A stretch of DNA of 64,000 bases from Heterodontus francisci. Its lineage: Eukaryota. Within the stretch, counting starts at the first letter, position 1. Each line of letters opens with the position of its first letter. The stretch spans positions 120,079,593 to 120,143,592 of the forward strand of contig NC_090378.1 of NCBI RefSeq assembly GCF_036365525.1, given 5' to 3'. Of this stretch, positions 1-10,425 are shown piece by piece. The notes under the pieces are model-generated. The model saw nothing but the letters and a program-made list of their open reading frames with translations, searched no databases and had not been told where the DNA came from. The position numbers and the translations under genes are program-made.

Positions 1-3000
1 AATCAGGTACATCACACTTCACAATCCAGTCCGTGTACTCAGGTACATCACACTTCACAATCCAGTCTGTGTACTCAGGTATATCACACTTCACAATCCA
101 GTCTGTGTACTCAGGTATATCACACTTCACAGTCCAGTCTGTGTACTCCGATACATCACACTTCACAATCCAGTCGGTGTACTCAGGTACATCACACTTC
201 ACAATCCAGTCTGTGTACCAAGGTACATCACACTTCACAATCCAGTCTGTGTACTCAGATACATCACACTTCACAATCCATTCTGTGTACTCAGGAACAT
301 CACCCTTCACAATCCAGTCTTTGTACTCAGGTACATCACACTTCACAATCCAGTCTGTGTAATCAGGTATATAACACTTCACAAAACAGACTGTGTACTC
401 AGTTACATCACTCTTCGCAATCCAGTCTGTGTACACAGGTACATCACACTTCGCAATCCAGTCTTTGTTCTCAGGTACATCACACTTCGTAATCCAGTCT
501 GTGTACACAGGTACATCACTCTTCACAATCCGGGCTATGTACTCAGGTACATCACACTTCACAATCCAGTCTGTGTACTCAGGTACATCACACTTCACAA
601 TCCAGTCTGTGTACTCAGGTACATCACTCTTCACAATCCGGGCTGTGTACTCAGGTACATCACACTTCACAATCCTGTCTGTGTACTCAGGTACATCACA
701 CTTCACAATCCATTCTGTGTACTCAGGTACATCACACTTCACAATCCGGTCTGTGTACTCAGGTACATCACACTTCACAATCCATTCTGTGTACTCAGAT
801 ACATCACACTTCACAATCCAGTCTGTGTACACAGGTACATCACACTTCACAATCCAATCTGTGTACACAGGTACATCACACTTCACAATCCAATCTGTGT
901 ACTCAGATACATCACACTTCACAATCCGGTCTGTGTACTCAGGTACATCACACTTCACAATCCATTCTGTGTACTCAGATACATCACACTTCACAATCCA
1001 TTCTGTGTACTCAGGTACATCACACTTCACAATCCGGTCTGTGTACTCAGGTACATCACACTTCACAATCCATTCTGTGTACTCAGATACATCACACTTC
1101 ACAATCCATTCTGTGTACTCAGATACATCACACTTCACAATCCAGTCTGTGTACTCAGGTACATCACACTTCACAATCCGGTCTGTGTACTCAGGTACAT
1201 CACACTTCACAATCCATTCTGTGTACTCAGATACATCACACTTCACAATCCATTCTGTGTCCTCAGATACATCACACTTCACAATTCAGTCTGTGTACTC
1301 AGGTACATCACACTTCACAATCCGGTCTGTGTACTCAGGTACATCACACTTCACAATCCATTCTGTGTACTCAGGTAGATCACACTTCACAATCCGGTCT
1401 GTGTACTCAGGTACATCACACTTCACAATCCATTCTGTGTACTCAGATACGTCACACTTCACAATCCATTCTGTGTACTCAGATACATCACACTTCTCAA
1501 TCCAGTCTGTGTACTCAGATACATCACACTTCACAATCCGGTCTGTGTACTCAGGTACATCACACTTCACAATCCATTCTGTGTACTCAGGTACATCACA
1601 CTTCACAATCCAGTCTGTGTACTCGGGTACATCACCCTTCACAATCCAATCTGTGTACTCAGATACATCCCACTTCACAATCCGGTCTGTGTCCTCAGGT
1701 ACATCACACTTCACAATCCATTCTGTGTACTCAGGTACATCACACTTCACAATCCAATCTGTGTACTCCGATACATCACACTTCACAATCCGGTCTGTGT
1801 ACTCAGGTACATCACACTTCACAATCCATTCTGTGTCCTCAGGTACATCACACTTCACAATCCATTCTGTGTACTCAGGTACATCACACTTCACAATCCA
1901 TTCTGTGTACTCAGTGACATCACACTTCACAATCCAGTCTGTGTACTCAGGTACATCACACTTCACAATCCAGTCTGTGTACTCAGGAACATCACACTTC
2001 ACAATCCAGTCTGTGTACTCAGGTACATCACACTTCACAATCCAGTCTGTGTACTCAGGAACATCACGCTTCACAGTCCTGTCTGTGTACTCAGGTAGAT
2101 CACACTTCACAATCCAGTCTGTGTACTCAGGAACATCACACTTCACAATCCAGTCTGTGTACTCAGGTACATCACACTTCACAATCCAGTCTGTGTACTC
2201 AGGAACATCACGCTTCACAGTCCTGTCTGTGTACTCAGGTAGATCACACTTCACAATCCAGTCTGTGTACTCAGGTACATCACACTTCACAATCCAGTCT
2301 GTGTACTCAGGAACATCACGCTTCACAGTCCTGTCTGTGTACTCAGGTAGATCACACTTCACAATCCAGTCTGTGTACTCAGGTACATCACACTTCACAA
2401 TCCAGTCTGTGTACTCAGGAACATCACACTTCACAATCCAGTCTGTGTACTCAGGTACATCACACTTCACAATCCAGTCTGTGTACTCAGGAACATCACG
2501 CTTCACAGTCCTGTCTGTGTACTCAGTTACATCACACTTCACAATCCAGTCTGTGTACTCGGGTACATCACCCTTCACAATCCAATCTGTGTACTCAGGA
2601 ACATCACACTTCACAATCCAGTCTGGTTACTCAGGTACATCACACTTCACAATCCAGTCTGTGTACTCAGGAACATCACGCTTCACAGTCCTGTCTGTGT
2701 ACTCAGGTAGATCACACTTCACAATCCAGTCTGTGTACTCAGGTACATCACACTTCACAATCCGGTCTGTGTACTCAGGTACATCACACTTCACAATCCA
2801 TTCTGTGTCCTCAGGTACATCACACTTCACAATCCATTCTGTGTACTCAGTGACATCACACTTCACAATCCAGTCTGTGTACTCAGGTACATCACACTTC
2901 ACAATCCAGTCTGTGTACTCAGGAACATCACACTTCACAATCCAGTCTGTGTACTCAGGTACATCACACTTCACAATCCAGTCTGTGTACTCAGGAACAT

Positions 3001-4062
3001 CACGCTTCACAGTCCTGTCTGTGTACTCAGGTAGATCACACTTCACAATCCAGTCTGTGTACTCAGGAACATCACACTTCACAATCCAGTCTGTGTACTC
3101 AGGTACATCACACTTCACAATCCAGTCTGTGTACTCAGGAACATCACGCTTCACAGTCCTGTCTGTGTACTCAGGTAGATCACACTTCACAATCCAGTCT
3201 GTGTACTCAGGTACATCACACTTCACAATCCAGTCTGTGTACTCAGGAACATCACGCTTCACAGTCCTGTCTGTGTACTCAGGTAGATCACACTTCACAA
3301 TCCAGTCTGTGTACTCAGGTACATCACACTTCACAATCCAGTCTGTGTACTCAGGAACATCACACTTCACAATCCAGTCTGTGTACTCAGGTACATCACA
3401 CTTCACAATCCAGTCTGTGTACTCAGGAACATCACGCTTCACAGTCCTGTCTGTGTACTCAGTTACATCACACTTCACAATCCAGTCTGTGTACTCGGGT
3501 ACATCACCCTTCACAATCCAATCTGTGTACTCAGGAACATCACACTTCACAATCCAGTCTGGTTACTCAGGTACATCACACTTCACAATCCAGTCTGTGT
3601 ACTCAGGAACATCACGCTTCACAGTCCTGTCTGTGTACTCAGGTAGATCACACTTCACAATCCAGTCTGTGTACTCAGGTACATCACACTTCACAATCCG
3701 GTCTGTGTACTCAGGTACATCACACTTCACAATCCATTCTGTGTCCTCAGGTACATCACACTTCACAATCCATTCTGTGTACTCAGGTACATCACACTTC
3801 ACAATCCATTCTGTGTACTCAGTGACATCACACTTCACAATCCAGTCTGTGTACTCAGGTACATCACACTTCACAATCCAGTCTGTGTACTCAGGAACAT
3901 CACACTTCACAATCCAGTCTGTGTACTCAGGTACATCACACCTCACAATCCAGTCTGTGTACTCAGGAACATCACGCTTCACAGTCCTGTCTGTGTACTC
4001 AGGTAGATCACACTTCACAATCCAGTCTGTGTACTCAGGAACATCACACTTCACAATCCAGT
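1..4062. repeat. 36-bp tandem minisatellite (unit ~TACTCAGGTACATCACACTTCACAATCCAGTCTGTG), running off the window start
   Basis: Direct periodicity. The ORF track shows a 12-aa repeat (SVYSGTSHFTIQ) = 36 nt. Confidence 0.97.
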
Positions 4063-4579
4063 ATGAATACAACATGCAGTGTTTAACTCACAAGTCTTAT
4101 CCTAATTCTACTTTATCTACATCTACATTCCATTCATACTGCCACTGAATCAGAGCACATCAAAGATACATAAAAGTGATATCAGAATAACCACATGGAG
4201 CCAGCAAAGGCTCTTTATTCCTCTCTATCCCTTCAAATCATCCTGTTTCAATGGTTATATTGCCCTCTGAAGCTCCATGATTATATTGCTGTTACAAATT
4301 CCTCTGATGATTTGATTAATATAAACACAAGTGAGCAGATTAACATTTCCAGACTATCAGAGACATGGATGAGTGAATTGCAGTACAAGTAGAGGCCACC
4401 CCAATATCTGAGTGCTGCAGTGGAAGCTCAGACTGTGGTATTGTAATCTGAGCTTGCTGCCACACAGGCTCAGACTGCTGCCATCATGGCTGTGGATGCC
4501 AGTGCTCAAAGGGGCTTGCAGGCTCACCCAGCAGCCCAGCACCAAGTGCAGCTTGATGGAGTACTGCTTCAACAGATAC

Positions 4580-7500
4580 CTAACTCGGAGAATTGGGGAT
4601 TGAGGGAATTCAGTGCAATGACTGAAGAGATTCTATTCTGATCTTTGACAAAACACGGAGCAGTAGAGTGATGGAGCGGGAGACAGCGAGACCTGGTGAT
4701 CAGCTCTAAGTGTTTCTAGATAATAGTCTAGAAAGTAAAACATGGCAGGGAACCTCAGCCCCGTGGAATACACATCCTGTGTCATGTGGGAAATCCTGGA
4801 CACTTCTCATGACCTGGATGACCACATGTACAGGAAGTGTCACCGGTTACAGCAGCTCGAGCTCTGGGTTTCGGAGTTTGAGCACTGACTGGAGTCACTA
4901 TGCAGCATCCACGAGGCTGAGAGCTTTCTGGAGGTGGTCACCCTGCAGTTTAAAAATGTGCTGGCAGAGGGGGAATGGGTGAGGGCCAGAAGAACAAGGA
5001 GGACCAGGCATGCAGGACAGTGATCCCATGAGTGCGTCTCAATCTCTAACTGGTATTCAGTTCTGAATACTGGTCAGAGTAATGGTTCCACTGGGGAGTG
5101 CAGGCAGAGCCAAGTCCACAGCACCATGGGTGTCTCAGCTGTACAGGGAGGGAGGAAGAAGAGTGGAAGAACAATAGTGGGAGGGACTTCGATAGTGAGG
5201 AGAATAGACAGGTGCTTCTGTGACTACAGAGGTGTCTCCATGATGGTATGTTGCCTCCCTGGTGCCAGGGACAAGGATATCACTGAGCGTCAGCAGGACA
5301 TTCTGACAGGGGAGAGTGAACAGCCAGAGGTCGTGGTCCATATTGGCACCAATGACAGAGGCAGAAGGAGGGATGAGGTCCTGAGGCAGAATTTAGGCAG
5401 CTAGGAGGGAGATTGAAAAGCAGAACCTCAAAAGTATTAATCTCCAGATTACTCCCAGTGCCACGTGTTAGTGAGTACAGAAATAGGAAGATAGAGCTGA
5501 TGAATACATAGAGCTGGAGAGATTATGCAGGAGGGAGGGCTTTAGATTCCTGAGGCTTTGGGACTGCTTCTGGAGGAGGTGGGACCTGGACAAGACGGAC
5601 TGTTTGCAAATCAACAGGGCCGGGACCAATATCCTCGCAGTGAGTTTTACTCGTGCTGTTGGGGAGAGTTTAAACTAGCTGAGCACAGGGATGGGAACCT
5701 GAGAGTAGATTCAGAAGAGAGAGAAGAAAAGTTGGAAATGGAAGGCAGTAAATTAGTCAGCGTGTTTGGAAGGCAGAGAAAACGAAGGTTAGAAAATAAA
5801 CAAGGGAGTTTGACAGAGCTAAATAATCCAAGTTGAGGAAATAAGGCTGATGAGCTGAGAGCACAGATTGACACATGGCAGTATGATATTTTAGCTATTA
5901 CTGAGACATGGCTGAAAGAAGGGCAGGAATGGCAGCTCAACATTCCTAGTTACAGGGTTTTCAGACGAGACAGAGATGGGGATATCTCAGGAGGGGGTGA
6001 GTTGCAATATTGATTAAAGAAACAATTATAGCTGTGAGGAGAGAAGATATGGTAGAAGGATAAACAAATGTTGCCATATGGGTTGAACTGAAGAACAAAA
6101 CAGGGGCAATCACACTACTGGGAGTGTGCTATAGACCCTGAAACTGTTAGAAGGGGAGAGAAGAGCAAATATGTAGATAAATTTCAGAACTGCAAAAACA
6201 ATTAAACAGTAATAGTGGGGGATTTCAACTGAATTACAGAATTACAACAATTTCACAAAATTACAACAGTCTTTAGTGACCTTAATGTGTTGTCATCACC
6301 TCACCGAAAGTGAGTAGTACTTTTATACCCCTTAACCTTGCATCGATTCTCACTACTTAGTGAAATCAAGGTAACATTTTAACAAATCTATTCTACATCC
6401 TGTCAAAGAGCAAATAATATCTAGCACAGCACAAGGAAGGGAAAACCCGAGCAATTACAGGCCAGTCTGCCTAACTGCAGTGGTGGGAAAATTATTGGAA
6501 ACATTCTGATAGACCATATAAATCATCATTTAGAGAGGCACAGATTGATCCAGGACAGTGATCTTGGATTTGTTAAGGGAAGGTCATGTCTGATTAAGTT
6601 GATTGAATTTTTTGAGAAGGTTACAAGGAGCGTCAATGAGGGCAGCATGTTTGATGCAGTCTACATGGAGTTTAGCAAGGCTTTTGATAAGGTTCCACAT
6701 GGCAGACTGTTCAGAAAATTAAAAGCCCATGGGATCCAAGGGAAAGTGGGAAATTGGATCAGTGACAGGAAGCAAAGGATTCTGGTTGGCAGGTGTTTTA
6801 GTGACTGGAAGTTTCTTTCCAGTGGGTTCCACAGGTCTCAGTACTGGGTCCCTCACTATTTGTGTATATATCAGTGATTTAAACTTCAATGTCGGGGCAT
6901 GATTAAAAAGATTGCAGATGATGCAAAGATTGTCCGTGTGGTGGATAGTGAGGAAGAAAGCTGTAAACTGCAGGAAGATATCAATGGACTGGTCAGGTGA
7001 GCAGAAAAATGGCAAATGGAACTTAATCCAGAGAAGTGAGAGGGAATGAATTTGGGCAGGACAAACCAGGGAAATGAATATACAATAAATGGAGGATTCT
7101 GAGAAGTGTAGAGGAATAGAGGGAACTTGGAGTTTATCTGTACAGCTCTCTGAAAGTAGCAGGACAGGTAGAAAAGGTGGTCAAAAAGGCATATGGAATA
7201 CTTTCCATTATTAGCTGAGCCTAGACTATAAGAGCAAAGCGGTTATTCTGGAACTGTATAAAACACTAGTTAGAACCAGAGAAAGGTTACGGCACAGAAA
7301 GAGGCCATTCAGCCCATCGTGGCTGCGCTGGCTGAACAAACAAGCTGCCCATTCTAATCCCACCTTCCGGCACCTGGTCCATAGCCTGGCAGGTTACAGC
7401 ACTTCAGGTGCAGGTCCAGGTACCTTTTCAATGAGTTGAGGGTTTCTGCCTTCACCACCGATCCAGGCAGTGAATTCCAGATACCCACCACCCTCTGGGT

Positions 7501-7953
7501 GAAAATGTGTTTCCTCATGTCCTCTCTAATCCTTCCACCAATCACCTTAAATCAGTGGATCGTTAGACCACAGCTAGAATACTGTGTACAGTTCTGGTCA
7601 CCACATTACAGGAAGAATGTGATCACACAAGAGAGGGTACAGAGGAGATTTACAAGGATGTTACCAGGAATGGAGAATTTCAGCTATGAGGAAAGATTGG
7701 ATTGGCTGGGGTTATAATCTTTGAAACAGAGGAGGCTGAGGGGAGGTTTAATTGAGGTGTATAAAATTATGAGGGGCCAAGATAGAGTGAATAGGAAGGA
7801 CCTATTTCCCTCAGCAGAGAGGTCAATAACCAGGAGGCATAGACTTAAAGTAATTGGTGGAAGGATTAGAGGTGAGTTGAGGAGTAATTTTTTCACCCAG
7901 AGGGTGGTGGGGATCTGGAACTCACTGCCTGAAAGGGTGGTGGAGGCAGAAAC
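4580..7953 (+). mobile_element. Degenerate, near full-length CR1-clade LINE (ORF1 with esterase-like domain; ORF2 APE endonuclease and RT fragments, internally deleted)
   Basis: ORF1 start MAGNLSPVEYTSCVMWEILD at 4742; GDSL/SGNH-esterase-like segment VGGTSIVR...CCLPGA...VVVHIGTND (5126-5404); EN motifs AITETWL and VGDFN; RT motifs GFVKGRSCL, FSKAFDKVPH, ADDAKI; CR1 C-terminus RRLRGGLIEVYKIM...FFTQRVVGIWNSLP. Many stops and frameshifts. 5' boundary approximate. Confidence 0.9.
7274..7555 (-). mobile_element. CR1 3'-end fragment nested in antisense inside the larger CR1
   Basis: Minus ORF 7354-7545 ...FTQRVVGIWNSLPGSVVKAETLNSLKRYLD... followed by a CR1 3' tail; host CR1 resumes at GTTAGACCACAGCTAG (~7562). 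Confidence 0.8.
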
Positions 7954-8069
7954 ATTTCAGTGCTGAAATGATTAATAGTAAGAGTAATTAAAGAGACCGT
8001 GTCCCTTTAAGACACTGTTAACCTGGCAGAAACTCTAACTATAAATCAGTCTATCTGGATCCCTCCTCT

Positions 8070-9000
8070 ATCTTAGCCTCTAAAATACTGGTGGCTGTAA
8101 GTGTAAGATTGAGTGACGGTGTCTCTTTATCTTCCTTGTTTTCTGCCTCTTCCTCCCTGACTGGGAAGCTCCCAGTTTTCGGGTACCTGAAATGAATATG
8201 GACAAGGATTGGGTTGTGGTGAGGGGAGAGGAGAAAGTAAGAAGTGCATGTTTACACCGTCTGCAGCTTGAGAGTCTGAAGAGATTGTGTGATGAGAGAA
8301 GGAGGATTAGGTATACAGACAACCTTATCATCGATCTCTCCAGCCCCACCAGTGTCCATAGCCTCAGCGATGCCCCTTCCCATATTGACCAGCACTGTCT
8401 CCTCCGTGAGGGTCAAAATCTGCAGACCTGCTTGTCCGCCTCCAGTTCCTTCTTGTTGCCTCTATTATGAACCACCTTCTCCTATAAGAAAGAGAGAAGT
8501 GTGAGAGTGAGTGTCCTGTAATATGTTTGATGTGGCTGTCATGGTTGAATAGCTGTGTGCTAGCTGTGAGTTGTTGGTACAAGGTTGGCAGTAATGCTAA
8601 GTGTGTGAGGGTGAGGTAAATCCTATGAATTGAAGGGTTGAATACTGATTTATAGAGACTGTTGGTGGCTGGGTGATGTGGGTTTGGTGAATTGAGCAAT
8701 GGATGAGGTTAGTGATGCAGTTGGAAGGATCTGCCATTTGAAGATGCACTCAGTCACCTTGACAACTCGTGTCAGATCATTAAACTTCTTCCTGCATCCT
8801 TGTTCTTGGAGCAACACTCCTGACATTGAGCTCTGCTATTACTTCTTCACACTGTCTCTTGAACATCTATCTGGAGGAGTTCCTGCCTCTCTGTGGATAC
8901 TGGATGTTTCTCCTTCTTTCCACATCTTCCACCAAGACCTGTAACACATCATCAGAAAAGCTTGGTGCACGCTCTCTCACACGTTCAGCCATTCCTCAAA
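8070..9000 (-). mobile_element. Decayed PIF/Harbinger transposon Myb/SANT-like gene relic
   Basis: Minus strand from ~8980 reads VRERAPSFSDDVLQVLVEDVERRRNIQYP ... CRKKFNDLTRVVK followed by a GT donor, which matches the Myb/SANT-like (MSANTD/NAIF1-type) domain of Harbinger elements. Boundaries approximate. Confidence 0.65.
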
Positions 9001-9659
9001 GTATCACAGTGCCATTCCACCTCCACTTTTCCTCCTGTGGTGAGTTCCTCATTTCTACTGGATTGTCTGGTGGCCCAAAGTGCAGGCCAGACCTCAGAAA
9101 GAGAAACCTGTTGCTGTCCACAACTCACCAGCCCAATGGAAATGAGACCAGTGACCCAGTGTTGGTGGTGCCGTGGACTTCACCATTCAGGTACTGGGAT
9201 CATTGTTCACATTCCCAAAAATAGGTGCACCTGAATTCCTAGGCCCAGGTTTATCACTGTAGCTATTCTGACAGAGGGCAGGAAAGCATGTTTCTAGTCT
9301 CCGTTTGAAGCCAATGTTTTGAAACATCACGCACATTAAGATCTTCCTCAGAGAACTGGTTCATCACAGCAGTCTTAGTGAAGATAATGAATCACTTTTA
9401 AAAGGATTTCCTGATGTTCTGAAATAATGGTTATATTTCACTTTAAATTTCTGTACCCAGTGCCACACTCGGACAGATTTCCTCAGCATATTGAGGTCTC
9501 GGTAAATTGCTGAGAAAAATCTCATTGTAGGTGTCACTGATCCTGTCTCTGAAACAAAGAGTGTGAACACTTCAGTTTCAACAAGTCACTAATCCTGAAT
9601 ATCCAGTTCTTTCATTTACGATGACAGACATTGCCCCTTTCCTCTATATATTACAAGAT

Positions 9660-9990
9660 ATTAATGGAAGAGGAAGGCCATTCGGCCCACCTTAGCTCCC
9701 TCATTGATGATGACCCTAAAGTCTCCCCAATGCAGCATCCAGCTGGTTCTTCCATGACTTTCATTTCCATTACTTTATCTGGGAATCCATTCCATGATTA
9801 GTCACTCTGATATGAAGAAAGACTCCTTGATATTAGTCCTGAAGCTGCCTTTTACTAGTTTGAATGTGTGGCCTCCAGCTCTTGTCATAATTTAATTGGA
9901 AGTAATTGTTGGGATTTACTTTTTCCAGAATAAATACCAAGGACATATTTCTGTTACCTGATGATTCAATATCCAACATCAGACCAAGAA
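9660..9990 (-). mobile_element. Old CR1 3'-end fragment
   Basis: GAAGGCCATTCGGCCC-type CR1 3' tail in reverse orientation, with decayed ORF2 C-terminal sequence. Confidence 0.55.
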
Positions 9991-10425
9991 TATTCTTTAG
10001 ACACAGGTGAATGTGAGTGTGACCCAATGTTTATTCTGTAAAATTGCTGTATGTGTCCGCCCAGTGTTTAGTGACCCAGTGTTTCCTGTCAATGGCACCA
10101 TGGTCTGGGAAAGGGAGCAGATTTGGACAGTCGGGAATAATGTCGTATTCCCACCCTGAGCAAAATTTAGCCCCCCTGCTGCAACCACGGTTAAGCACCT
10201 ATTCCCCACCCCCCACATGTGGAGGAGAGTGGGGGAGGGTGGGGACTTGTCCGTCTCCCTCTTATCGATACTCCTCAGGAGCAGCTGGTGGAAATTGGAA
10301 GTCGGTCCAAGGTTACGGCTGTAATGACCCTAATGTGCTGCACTTTGAACTGGCAGCGAAAATCAACTTTCATCTGTAGCTGAAGATGCTGCTTCTGCTT
10401 CAATTTGTGAAGTTGTGTTTTGTGT

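Noticed and set aside
393-4148. 1251-aa ORF and the antisense ORFs
   Set aside because: Translation of a 36-bp tandem repeat; non-ATG start, no domain content or splice context.
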